DNA of 62,963 nt, counting the filler, from Octopus bimaculoides (lineage: Eukaryota), in NCBI RefSeq assembly GCF_001194135.2. It is 9 parts of 8 records of this genome, joined end to end, with 100 filler letters (N's around TTAATTAATTAA, not from the genome) between each part and the next. Parts side by side here need not be neighbours in the genome. Positions count along the whole stretch, not along the records: positions 34,581 to 42,728 come from NC_068983.1; positions 42,829 to 46,438 come from NC_068984.1; positions 46,539 to 55,970 come from NC_068983.1; 6 more parts are not named here. One strand, given 5' to 3'. Shown piece by piece: positions 35,850 to 48,305 of the stretch. The stretch's first letter is position 1. The number at the start of each line of letters is the position of its first letter. Both the position numbers and the translations under genes were made by a program. The notes under the pieces are model-generated. The model searched no databases, was not told where the DNA came from, and saw nothing but the letters and a program-made list of their open reading frames with translations.

Positions 35850-36740
35850 ACTCCCCTAAAAGTAGAGGAGCTGATGCTCCATCCCGATCAGACGTCAATT
35901 AGAAGAAAGAACGACGCTCAGTCGGTAATGTGGGGTGGAGATAATGAAGATGTTCATCACTTCTGTCTCATGAGATTTATTTCTCAAAACGCATTTGTGA
36001 GTGAGATTGTCCAGCCGGCATGTCACTCAAAGCAGTTTCATTCCTTCTGGAGGACGAAAACAAGCCAGGCTCCTTGGTGGCATTGACCTTCCTGTTCTGA
36101 CGTTAAGCTTGGCCCATAGACTTTTTGAGGAGATTGATATGACTCTCCACTCCTGCCGATCACATTTATATACTTGCTGTCTGACAATATAATGGTAACG
36201 TCCTCTACATATGCTGATACAATCTTCCTGCGCCCTTGTTTCCGAGAGAAGAATGCTTAGTGTTTCATCTTCTGCAGTACTGTCTCATGAGTCAGTTTGT
36301 ATTTCATGGACGTGAGGAGACAACATTTACAGGTTGAACGTATGGTACTGAATGAGTCCAGTAGGTGTCAAATAATATTAAATAATGTACAGATTTTGCA
36401 GTATACATAGGTACAGTATCAGAAAACTCTAACAAGGTCAGCCGGTTTGTGGAGAACAAACAAATATTGGTGGTTGGCCCTATCCATGCACCTTTCACGC
36501 CATGTTCCATACCCAACCTTACTATGATACGTTGTACGAAGTGGAGATGATCGTGTATAGGTTTCACATATGAGACAACTGGCGTTAAGCAGATTATATT
36601 CCTGAAATCAAAGGGTAAATAGTTGATGAGAGGCGAGAGTAGGCACGGTGTCTATACTTTCCGACGAAGTAGCCAGAGACAGGGAGAGATTCCTTTATGT
36701 GATGGCATGTTTTTTGATTGTGTGATGAAATTGCGGTGTG
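35850..36740 (-). mobile_element. L1/Tx1-clade LINE RT remnant
   Basis: IHDHLHFVQRII..GAWI and VSAYVEDVTIILSD (degenerate YADD) in a Tx1-like context. Confidence 0.65.
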
Positions 36741-37274
36741 CAATGTTTGTATTGATGTTTGTTTTATCAACATAGTTATAAAATTCTACCTTTTCCTCTA
36801 TTTTTCTATGGTCAAAACTCTATTGGATGGCATGTGTCACCACATATATCACAGGCTGAATTTCAGCCATAAAACTTTAGATAACATTCATATTGTTTTT
36901 ATTTAGCGCATCATTAAATGAACTCTGATTTCAGATAAAAATACCATATACATCATTCATATTTTGCAACGTTGTTATTTCTATTTATAACCTTATTTCT
37001 GTCGGTGTCTGTTATATGTTACTCGATTGGTCGCATCTTATTTGTTGATTATTATTTTGAGCTACTTTGTTTTTCAATTCCAAAGAAGCTAATGAGCAAT
37101 TAAATTATTTTTATATTTTAATACTACTCATATGCAAGTAGAAGTTTTTACATATGTAAAAATGGCTTCATAACTAAAAACTGCACTGTAAAAAATAAGC
37201 GCACCTCACTCGGCTAAAAGAAACAACAACAATAATATTAATTCCCTTAAAACTTGAAATAGGAAGAATTTGGA

Positions 37275-37903
37275 GTATGAGAACCTCCATCCGCGTGGAA
37301 AAACATAAAATTTATGGGGCAGAACGATATTTTCCCTCTGAAGAAAAGGGGTGTCGACGATGCTCCAATGGAAGCAAAGACCAACTCTTAATCCATTGCA
37401 TGATTCTTGAGAACTGTCATAACAAACGCAGATATCTCAATTCNNNNNNNNNNNNNNNNNNNNNNNNNNNNNNNNNNNNNNNNNNNNNNNNNNNNNNNNN
37501 NNNNNNNNNNNNNNNNNNNNNNNNNNNNNNNNNNNNNNNNNNNNNNNNNNNNNNNNNNNNNNNNNNNNNNNNNNNNNNNNNNNNNNNNNNNNNNNNNNNN
37601 NNNNNNNNNNNNNNNNNNNNNNNNNNNNNNNNNNNNNNNNNNNNNNNNNNNNNNNNNNNNNNNNNNNNNNNNNNNNNNNNNNNNNNNNNNNNNNNNNNNN
37701 NNNNNNNNNNNNNNNNNNNNNNNNTCTATTCTATATGAATAACTTGAAGGACTACTACGTACTGTGAAAGCATTCAGGGATTACATTGGGATGGAATTTG
37801 GTCTTGATAAAGTGCCAAAACCAGTTTTCAGAAAGGGAAAATGAAGACCTCATACTGAGTGGAGTTGGATGTTGACACAGTCATAAAAGAACTCGAGCAG
37901 GAA
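37275..37903 (+). mobile_element. Dong/R4-like RT fragment spanning a gap
   Basis: EEKGCRRCSNGSKDQLLIHCMILENCHNKRR; after the gap LLRTVKAFRDYIGMEFGLDK. Confidence 0.8.
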
Positions 37904-38058
<155 letters not shown>

Positions 38059-38992
38059 GAAGCACACATAATCTTCTGTAGGCATAGTATAATCTTCTAT
38101 TAGATATAGCATCTCAGATTAAAATCTAAAGAAGGAAGTCATGTTTGAAATGCGTCTAATCGTAAGTCACAGATTTAACGAAGATTTGCTCTGTTTTATA
38201 TAGGATTTGTATTAGATATACTTCTTAAAATACTTAGATACACGAATTAAATAGCAAAAGCCATGTCCCAATTACGGTTTCAGAACAACGATTTTCCATT
38301 TATCTCATTTGTTAATTTATTAAGAAATTATATCAATTCAGGTGATTTAAGACAGTTTTCTTAAATGTAAAAACAGGATCTTTTGAAATTGAATGATGCT
38401 GTCATGTAAAAGATAATCGATGATGTTCAGGTGTTCAAACATCGAACTTTTTGAATGACGTCAGCAAAAGACTGACCTATCAAAAGTTGTTGTTTGCTAT
38501 TCACTTAATCATTCAATAAGATAAATGCAGCATAGGAGAACAGACGCTAGGCTCAAACATGTCTTAAGTTAGATCTAAGTTTGATAACAGATGCCAGATA
38601 ATTTGACTGGTCAGTATGAAAATTTTGCAGCACACAAGATCAAACTGCTAATAACATAAAAATACAAACACAGCAGGAGACACACCTACTGAACCAATTA
38701 ACCTTCATATATAGCTCATTGTTGACGCGTTATAACCACATTACATGTCAAACTAAATTATAAGACAAGCATAACATATTTAAGATTCAGATCACAAACT
38801 TACTCTCATTCTTCCGAATATATTCTATCAGTGTCTTCATGTTATGAGTGTAAATGATGAAGAGGAAACAAATTCAACACTCTTATGTTTCATTTGACGC
38901 TTTCATCGTTCTTAACTAATCAAGATGTCAACATTACATATTTTGAAAATGATTGTAGCTCAGATATAGTGAAATACACAAGCATACTTACG

Positions 38993-39034
<42 letters not shown>

Positions 39035-39813
39035 NNNNNNNNNNNNNNNNNNNNNNNNNNNNNNNNNNNNNNNNNNNNNNNNNNNNNNNNNNNNNNNNNN
39101 NNNNNNNNNNNNNNNNNNNNNNNNNNNNNNNNNNNNNNNNNNNNNNNNNNNNNNNNNNNNNNNNNNNNNNNNNNNNNNNNNNNNNNNNNNNNNNNNNNNN
39201 NNNNNNNNNNNNNNNNNNNNNNNNNNNNNNNNNNNNNNNNNNNNNNNNNNNNNNNNNNNNNNNNNNNNNNNNNNNNNNNNNNNNNNNNNNNNNNNNNNNN
39301 NNNNNNNNNNNNNNNNNNNNNNNNNNNNNNNNNNNNNNNNNNNNNNNNNNNNNNNNNNNNNNNNNNNNNNNNNNNNNNNNNNNNNNNNNNNNNNNNNNNN
39401 NNNNNNNNNNNNNNNNNNNNNNNNNNNNNNNNNNNNNNNNNNNNNNNNNNNNNNNNNNNNNNNNNNNNNNNNNNNNNNNNNNNNNNNNNNNNNNNNNNNN
39501 NNNNNNNNNNNNNNNNNNNNNNNNNNNNNNNNNNNNNNNNNNNNNNNNNNNNNNNNNNNNNNNNNNNNNNNNNNNNNNNNNNNNNNNNNNNNNNNNNNNN
39601 NNNNNNNNNNNNNNNNNNNNNNNNNNNNNNNNNNNNNNNNNNNNNNNNNNNNNNNNNNNNNNNNNNNNNNNNNNNNNNNNNNNNNNNNNNNNNNNNNNNN
39701 NNNNNNNNNNNNNNNNNNNNNNNNNNNNNNNNNNNNNNNNNNNNNNNNNNNNNNNNNNNNNNNNNNNNNNNNNNNNNNNNNNNNNNNNNNNNNNNNNNNN
39801 NNNNNNNNNNNNN

Positions 39814-40191
39814 TATCAAGAAAAATATTAAGAAGAATGTCATAACCAAAAGGATGAAATTTTGAATACGTTTCAGTATAGACCAAAATTTACAACAATT
39901 GGGGGAGAAAAAATTACATGGAATTAGTTTCATATTTATTCATATACTTAAATATTTGTTTATGAGATGGTATTTAGTTAAATGATTTAAACAATATTGT
40001 TATATTATATAAAGATAAAATTTAGGATTATCAAGAAAAATAAGAAGAAGAATATCATAACCAAAAGGATGAAATTTTGAATACGTTTCAGTATAGACCA
40101 AAATTTACAACAATTGGGGGAGAAAAAATTACATGGAATTAGTTTCATATTTATTCATATACTTAAATATTTGTTTATGAGATGGTATTTA
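39814..40191. repeat. Tandem duplication, 215-bp period
   Basis: Units start TATCAAGAAAAATA at 39814 and 40029; near-identical over about 160 bp. Confidence 0.9.
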
Positions 40192-41714
40192 TGAAGATTG
40201 AAGACTGGCATATACAGACATTTAATAAAGGATTACTGGGGCGACAGGACATGCTAACTATATATTAATTATAATCTAACAGGTATATTATAAGTTGTAA
40301 AGCTACCGGTACTTTTATATATAGGCTAATATAAATATCTAGGAGTACAAAATTTAGGTTTAATTTCATGAAGGCTATAATAAATTAATATGATCAGGTA
40401 CGGTAGAACACCATAAAAGGCAATAAATATCTTAATCACTAAAACCATGATGAAGCATTTATACCTTATTATCATCAATAGAAAACAGATTATATTGAAA
40501 TTGTTAATAAATTCATTCATTTAAAATTGAATTATTTATTTATTAGGTGGTATCTATAGAGACTGATACCTGGTTATTAACTAGAGGAATATTGAGACCT
40601 GAATATTTTCCTGAAGTCTTAGTAGCTTCTAAGCTGAAGTGAATACAGCATGGACTTTGTCTGTCTTCTTACCCTTTTAGAGGATTTAGGTAAAATTATA
40701 CAAATGTATCCGACTGATTAAATAAATTCTATTTATTTATTTATTTGTTTATTTAATTAATTATTTAATTATTTATTTATGCAGTTAAGGATGGCTCTGC
40801 ATTTAAATTGATATAATGACTGCATTGTTCAATTAANNNNNNNNNNNNNNNNNNNNNNNNNNNNNNNNNNNNNNNNNNNNNNNNNNNNNNNNNNNNNNNN
40901 NNNNNNNNNNNNNNNNNNNNNNNNNNNNNNNNNNNNAATAGAAAATATGCCATTGTAATTTCATATTTTTTAACAATTTCAAATGGACATAACGAAAAGC
41001 CTAACGTAGAAAACGAGTATATTATTTCTCCCCTAAAATTGGCGTCACTTGTCTAAGAATTCTACGTTTTGCTAATACATAACTAAAAAATAAAAAACTA
41101 CAAATAATAATTCTACGTAATGCTTTATAGAAACTCAGATAATTTACATCGCAATAATTAATTACATATTTATCTATTTAATATAATAAACCCTTCTATA
41201 AGAATTAACATTATTTTATAATAACTGGAGAATTATTATATTCAAGAATATATACAACCACCAAGGATTTCACTGGGCATTTAAAAGATACAGAAAAGAA
41301 AACCAAATGACTGTTTATTCATTGTAATAAACTCTAATATATGAATTAACCTATGATAATTGAAAAGTTATTACAGTTAATAATAATATATACAATTATT
41401 GATGACTACACTAGAGAGCTAAAGAAAAAATAACGGATAAGAAAATTACATACCTATTTATTTTTATATCCGTTTATAGAAATTAAGATTATTATATAGA
41501 AATTGAAAAAGTGCTCTAATTAATGATATATACTATTCTTGACGATCTCGGTGGAGAATTAAAAGAATACAATTTATAGATAAGAATTCTAATTTATGCT
41601 TAATCGAAGGTTAAATAATTTACATCGCTATAACTAATTACTTGCTCATTATATTAAGCACTTTAATTGAATTTAACCTGATTCTATAATAATTAATTAA
41701 AATATTACTGAAAC

Positions 41715-41897
41715 AATTACAGCGTGGGAGGTGTTTATAAGCCATTTATAAACACACAAAAACCATTAGATTCATTTCAACATTTAAAATTGATTTGCCA
41801 AAATATTTTCGTCGCTTTGAAACCGTGACATGTTGAAGTAAATCTAACGGTTTTTTGGTGTTTTAAATGGTTTACAAACACCTTCCACGCTGCAATT
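41715..41897. mobile_element. MITE / foldback element with about 68-bp imperfect TIRs
   Basis: AATTACAGCGTGGGAGGTGTTT...TTTCAACAT versus ATGTTGAAGTA...AAACACCTTCCACGCTGCAATT. Confidence 0.85.
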
Positions 41898-42517
41898 CTT
41901 TTTGTTTCAGCACACGATCTCAGATCAAGTCACTTGCTCTGCAAGTATATCTACGTAAAATATTACTATAATTTATAATTGAAATATTTGGATATGTTTC
42001 TAAATTTATGGCACCTGTCTGTAAAATAGGATTATAATTATTGTTATTATTAGAATTAATATTAATACAAGGAAAAAGACTAACTATATTACGAGCATTT
42101 TGATCAATTATAGAATCTAAACCTTATTCCGAATGGTTATCAGTAATGTTAATTTCACTATACAAATTATCAATACTACAATTAATTATAGATTCAGAAT
42201 TCCAGTATTCTCCAAGTCACAGTTAATTTTGTGCTGCAATAATATCAGCTAATTTCAAGTGGTTGAATACGAAAACTTAACATTATCTCTATTAAGTAAT
42301 TTCCCTGCAAGTTGGAAAGAATTTAGGTGCTGCAAAGAATTTAGAAGAAAGTTGCTGCAAAGAATTTAGAAGCTATTTAATACGAAAATGGTGAATTGTA
42401 CCATATAGCATTTGGTTATCCATTCTTCTAATTATTTCTATAAACATTTTTCACAGTTACATTTATTAAAATTGATTCCAATTATAATTTTTATTTATAA
42501 TGTTGTAATTAATATTA

Positions 42518-42728
<211 letters not shown>

Positions 42729-42828
42729 NNNNNNNNNNNNNNNNNNNNNNNNNNNNNNNNNNNNNNNNNNNNTTAATTAATTAANNNNNNNNNNNNNNNN
42801 NNNNNNNNNNNNNNNNNNNNNNNNNNNN

Positions 42829-42863
<35 letters not shown>

Positions 42864-42881
42864 CATATATATATTTATAAA

Positions 42882-43208
42882 GACCCCCTTTGGTCATGAA
42901 TGACCATAAGATTGCACCTAGAAAGTTCCCCTCTAAGGCACACGTCTGGGCAAAATTGTTTATGGAAGACCAGCAGTCACCCATGCATATCTGCCTCTCC
43001 TCTCCACGCCACCAATGCTATCCAAGGAAAAGACAAAGGCCAACACAGCTTGACACTAGTGACGTCTCAATTCATTTATTTCTACAGCTGAGTGAATCGG
43101 AGCAATGTGAAATAAAGTATCTTGCTCAAGAACACAACACACAGCCCGGTCCCACAATTGAACTCTCTATCTCATGATTGTGATCCCGATGCTCTAACCA
43201 CTGAGCCA
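42882..43208 (-). mobile_element. SINE family E (tRNA head, CORE-like block, 3' stem-loop)
   Basis: Minus strand ATGGCTCAGTGGTTAGAGC...GAGTTCAATT, GTGTTCTTGAGCAAGATACTT; 3' hairpin with GGTCAT/ATGACC stem. Confidence 0.8.
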
Positions 43209-43339
43209 TATTCTTAAACAAGAATGTCATCGACAGTGACTTTGAAGTTTCGACCAGCTGAGCCATCACCGGCAGTCCGACGATGTTTAATTGACACAAA
43301 CTTCGAAGTCACTATCAACAACATTCTTGTTTAAGAATA
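43209..43339. mobile_element. Small foldback MITE, about 42-bp TIRs, TA at both ends
   Basis: TATTCTTAAACAAGAATG...GTGACTTTGAAGTTT versus AAACTTCGAAGTCAC...CATTCTTGTTTAAGAATA. Confidence 0.85.
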
Positions 43340-43799
43340 ATAAATTTGTACTCTATGTAAGTATAAAGTAACTCATATGATAAACTTTTGATCTATTTCC
43401 ACCAACGAAATTTCATTCACATGATAAGATAAAAAGACACTTAACTTGCACACTTACACAGATCAAACATGAGGCCTTGTGGTTGCGAGTGAACTTATAT
43501 CATTCACACACTCCATTGTTGTAATTTAGCCCTTCCTTCAAAAATGAATTAAAGAAGTTTGTATTATAAAACAATATTATGTCATCTGTTTAGAATGTAA
43601 AAATGAATGTAACTTGATATCGTATTTATGTATAACCTGGTGCTGGTGGTGGTGCTGCTGCTGCAATTGTTGCATTAGAATGTCAAAGTTATCAGCCAAT
43701 TATATTATCTTAAAATTTAAAAAAGGGTGAAGAAATTTTATTAAAATGTTAGGCTTGTATTTTGTTAATTAACCGTGACACTATGTGGAACAAAATATA

Positions 43800-43832
<33 letters not shown>

Positions 43833-43984
43833 ATGAATGTGTTATGAATTTGAGAACGTATGTGTGTTTTTGTGTACATATACGAATGTGTGTATGTGTG
43901 CGCGTGTGTAAGCTCATGTGTGTGCGCGTGTGCATATGAATGTGTGTGTGTATTTGTGCACATGTATATGTGTAAGTGCATGTA

Positions 43985-44345
43985 TGAATGATAGTACCCG
44001 GTCTTCTTTTATCTTCTGTTATTGGAAGAAGTGTTGTCGCAGACCTGTCAGGGACAACAAACATGAAACGCTCTTTTGTTTCTCTACAAATACCTCCAAA
44101 AACCCATTGTTGAGGTAGTTGACGTCCGACGCAATTTTTTCAGTAGTCATGTTGTGTCCTCCGATCACTCTTGGGTTAGCCAACATGTGTGCAGCACAAA
44201 CTTCTTTCAAATAGTTATTCCAGTCAACAACGCAATTGGCTTTCATTTCAAGCCCACGTTCACAAAATTTGATATTTGTCATGTTTAAGATAAGACATAT
44301 AAAGTTCACTTGAAGGGAGATAATCCAAGCTTTTAGTGGGAAGAT
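43985..44345 (-). mobile_element. Merlin (IS1016/IS1595-like) transposase remnant
   Basis: VVDWNNYLKEVCA..L.NP.VIGG and CFMFVVPDRSATTLLPI..RPGT motifs typical of Merlin DDE transposases. Confidence 0.8.
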
Positions 44346-45169
44346 AACCCCATTTTTTAATGGTAATTTCTTTTAATAGGGGTGAGATAACCAAAAAGTA
44401 CTGTAGACGACCGTGCGACCAAGGAGAATAGTGACGAAGGAAAGGCTCCTTTTAGTGCGTCGCACAGTCGACACAACATATATAAATAACTCACAAGTGA
44501 ATGTGATGAAGTACCAACAAGGAAAAGAGAGAGACACAACTGGTAAAGATTATAAAGAGAAAGGTTTTATTGGAGGATTAAACTGTATGTCTGTGTGTGA
44601 GTGAATGCAACATAATAATAACACAATATAAGACAGACCGTCATGTAAACAAAAGAGTGTGTGTATACAAACATGTGTGTGTGAGTGCGAGAGAATACAG
44701 AGCATAGAAAAGAGTCTATAACAAGGACGTTAAGTGTCCTGAACACAAGGATGAGAAATACCAGTTCGTAGTCAAAGTACACAGTAGTTGAAAGTCTGTA
44801 CATAAGAGGTCGTGGCCGAATAGCAGAGCCGAAGAGTCACATGTCGTGAGAAGAAGTTGAGGCTACGATGCTGCGACCGGTAACTTGGTACAGATGGTTC
44901 TCGCAGGTTGAGTTCTGGCTGTTATTTCGTGGTGAAGCAATTCACAGTAACACTGTTGAGAGAAACTGCGGGTGCTGTTTAGTTGCTGTGTACGTAGAGA
45001 CGTCGGTGTAGACGCTGGCGACGAAGCTTGTAGTAAACAGTTGAACGGTGGTGTTGATTCTCCAGTAGAGCGGAGTTATGTCGTCGCTGGAAACTAGCTG
45101 GTTGGTGCTCTGTGGTCAACGGCTAGACCTCAAAAGGTCTGAAGCCGCAACAACCTAGCTCAGACGAAG

Positions 45170-45620
45170 CTCAATCCTGCTGCCACACGTATGATCTTCC
45201 AGCAGCAACCTCTCTAGCCAGGATTTGACCACAGTCTCCAGTAACTTTACATGACCATTTGAATTGAACCCAGGATCTTGTTCAATGATGTGGAGATGAA
45301 TTCTGGCAAGTAAACACATTCAGAATGACTGCTGTGTTCCTACCTGCTGGACACAGCTTTGTAGTCTCAGTTGCAGCTGCCCATATCATGTCTTATAGCA
45401 TTTACAATGTTCACAGAACATTGGGCATCAGTCATGATGTCAGCATTCTGATATCTGACGAGAGCCATCATGATACAGGTAACTCTTTTTCAACATTCAG
45501 ATGACTTTCATTCCTCAGTCAGCTAATTTTTTCTCAACTGCAACTTTAAAACCTTTTTGTTCTCCAACACTGTTGACTGTTTACCAAAGCTTCCAGTACA
45601 AAACTTTCACATCTTGGCTA
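45170..45620 (-). mobile_element. Tc1/mariner-superfamily (maT/rosa-like) transposase remnant
   Basis: NSNGHVKLLETVVKSWLER then, after a frameshift, VAAGRSYVWQQD. Confidence 0.72.
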
Positions 45621-45654
45621 TGTCTCCATTTCTTATATTCTCCCTGATCCAGGG

Positions 45655-45924
45655 TGTTATATGGACGGTTAGATTTGTTTGTTGTTCGTCTGAAGTCTTA
45701 TATTTCAATATAGTTCGTCTGAGGTCCTTGTTTCGTTGCTGTTTTGGAGTGACTGTCGAGGTTGAAGGTTATTTGGATATATATGGCGAGGACAACATTC
45801 TTGTTTCTTGATAACTAACAATTCGGTGAGTGAGTTCTTTGTTTGTAGTTAATAAATAAATGTGATAACTAAATTGTATAACTCGTTGTGTTTTCTCTGC
45901 GAGTCCCCCGAGAGGAATACAACA
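45655..45924 (+). mobile_element. Ty3/gypsy 5' LTR (270 bp)
   Basis: TG...CA ends (TGTTATATGG...ATACAACA), AATAAA inside, PBS-like TGGCGTCGCAG at 45933, gag downstream. Confidence 0.88.
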
Positions 45925-45990
45925 GAGTTTAGTGGCGTCGCAGATAGGATAACATGCATACTTTGCTGTAAAATTGTTCATCTTAATAAC

Positions 45991-46438
45991 ATGGCGGAAA
46001 AACAAACAGTAGAACTTATAAAGTTGTTTAGGGAACAAATGGAACAGCAAATGCAGCAACATAAGAGAGATATGGACACTCTGTTAAAACTGTTTGGTGC
46101 CCGACAAGTTGAAGGCGATTCCAGTGGCTGTTTTTCAGCTTCTTCGACAACAGTGTCGATTCTACCATTTGCTGCATTTGATTCAACGACAGAACTATGG
46201 CCTGATTACTGGTCAAGATTCCGCACGTTTGTGGCTGCTAATGCTGTACCTGAACAACGCATGGCACAAGTGTTCCTGACCAATCAGACCGCTACTATTT
46301 ACAAGGAACTTGCTAATCTGGCTACTCAACAAAATCCGCCTAAAGATATCAACAACTTGATAATGGACGAAATCGTTGACTTCATGAAGGAACAGTTCGA
46401 CCCAAAACTTTTCATTGTGAGAGAGCGTTTCAAGTTTT
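45991..46438 (+). CDS. gag: Mag-like Ty3/gypsy gag N-terminus, open to the gap
   Basis: MAEKQTVELIKLF...FDSTTELWPDYWSRFRTFVAANAVP...VFLTNQT..Y..L..L...IVRERFKF; uninterrupted frame directly after LTR and PBS. Confidence 0.85.
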
Positions 46439-46890
46439 NNNNNNNNNNNNNNNNNNNNNNNNNNNNNNNNNNNNNNNNNNNNTTAATTAATTAANNNNNN
46501 NNNNNNNNNNNNNNNNNNNNNNNNNNNNNNNNNNNNNNAAAGCAAATTTAAAATGAAAAAAGCAAATAAAACGATGGTATGGAGATTAAATATGCTTTAC
46601 ATCACTTAATCAGCCAAGGAGTAAATGTAAACAACTGAATACTTGTCAGTGATTGGTTGAAATTATCGAAATAAGACAATTTTTTACATGAAATAAATTT
46701 GAATACAAAAATATTTTTCTGTTCTATAACACAAAATAGATAAGTATACGAAGTTTGAAAGTCTTTCCGTACCAAAAACACTACATAAAACATAAATGAA
46801 AACTGGCGCCCCCGTTTTAAAATAGATCCCGGAAATTACCATTCTAAGGGACATAGATGTTTTGACACCATTTTTCGATTGAATATATGG

Positions 46891-47095
46891 TAAATTTTCA
46901 GATTAACACCCGCATGATTTTCACTAGGGTGTTAGGATTAGGGTTTTAGGGTTAGGGTTAGGGCTACGGTTACGGTTAGGAACGGAATTCCCTAACCCCA
47001 ACCCTAAAACCCTAACCCTAACTCTAAACCCTAACCCTAAAACCCTAACCCTAACACCGTAGTGAAAATCGTGCATGTGTTAATATGAAAATTTA
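46891..47095. mobile_element. Foldback element containing head-to-head telomeric repeats
   Basis: About 40-bp complex inverted arms, then degenerate (TTAGGG)n, centre GAATTC, degenerate (CCCTAA)n. Confidence 0.8.
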
Positions 47096-47197
47096 TATTT
47101 TGTTTACTTAAAAATCAGAATTTTGGTAACTATTATCTTTTTACAACTGCGATTTCCGTCCTTGTTTACGTGAAATTATAAGAAAGAAAGAATTTGT

Positions 47198-47771
47198 AAG
47201 ATTTGGCTGTTTTTTCTAACATGCAGAGATATCTTCAACGCTTAATTTTATGTACTGGCTGAAAATCACCTAAAAAAATTGTGGGGTCAATACATTCGAC
47301 TAAAGATTCTTGAAGGTGGTGCCCGAGCATGGCCACAGTCTAGTGACTGAAACAAGTAAAAAGATTTTTAGAAAATAAAAAAAAAATGAAGAATAACCAA
47401 AAAAAAAAAAAATAGAACCAGGGGCAGGGGTTATAAAAATATTTCATGAGATTCGGCTATTATTTCTAGCATGTCAAGAGACCTTCTAGGCTTAACTTTA
47501 TGTGCTAGTTGAAAATCATCTAAAAAATTCTGGGGTCAATGCAATCGACTAAAAATTCTTCAAGGTGGTGCCCTAACATGACCGCATTCTAATGACTGCA
47601 ACATGTAAAAAGAAAAGCAAAAATGAATTATATCACTGAAGTGGTTTTGATCAAGATTTTAAAAATTCTGGGTTTCCATACAGCCATGTAAAAAAATTTC
47701 AAGGTGGTGCCCCAGCATGGNNNNNNNNNNNNNNNNNNNNNNNNNNNNNNNNNNNNNNNNNNNNNNNNNNN

Positions 47772-47803
<32 letters not shown>

Positions 47804-47832
47804 CAGGGGCGATGCATCCAACTAAAAATTCT
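47198..47832 (+). repeat. Diverged tandem repeat of about 250 bp built from family D and family C tail pieces
   Basis: GATT(T/C)GGCT at about 47200 and 47450; GGGGTCAAT at 47283 and 47532; partial units at 47695 and 47801. Confidence 0.7.
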
Positions 47833-48185
47833 AAAAACTAATAAATATAACTGTGGGGCTTTTGTCCTAGGGGGCTTTTGTTTGGACCCCATTTAAGAAC
47901 TAGTTTTTTAATTTCTACGTGCACTTTCTCTTGGTATCAGCAAGTCCCAAAACTTAATCCGTACACATCATGCACATAAATAGTTCTATACTTATGAAGG
48001 ATTTGTGTCATAGACAGATAGCTTCTTACACACATGCATACTTCTATCTATTACACTCCAGCATACTCGCTCACACAACTTATATTACGCATGCACAGAT
48101 ATATATATACGGTAGATGTTCATTTACCTGACAGATATTTTAACTATTAATCTTTTTTAACATTTTCTTTCGACATTCTCTCTAG

Positions 48186-48211
48186 ATTGGTAGCGACCCA
48201 GTATAATTTGT
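48186..48211 (+). CDS. Candidate 26-bp micro-exon of an unidentified gene (LVATQYNL)
   Basis: Pyrimidine-rich acceptor TTCTCTCTAG, donor GTAAGT at 48212; one open frame that continues in phase into the next exon. Confidence 0.4.
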
Positions 48212-48276
48212 GTAAGTATTAATAACAAAATAGGTTTTAAACGTTAGAAAATTAACTGATTCTTTTCTCTTCACAG

Positions 48277-48305
48277 CTCCAACAAACAACAATATACCTC
48301 TTTAA
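48277..48305 (+). CDS. Candidate terminal coding exon (SPTNNNIPL*)
   Basis: 65-bp intron 48212-48276 with AACTGAT branch-like motif and TCTTTTCTCTTCACAG acceptor; TAA at 48303-05; AATAAA at 48324-29. Confidence 0.4.

Noticed and set aside
35850-36740. piggyBac transposase (first impression)
   Set aside because: The best motifs are RT-type (degenerate YADD in a Tx1-like context), so it was reassigned to L1/Tx1.
46925-47056. A true ancestral chromosome fusion site
   Set aside because: The arrays are very short and enclosed by matching inverted arms, which fits a foldback element or repair scar better.
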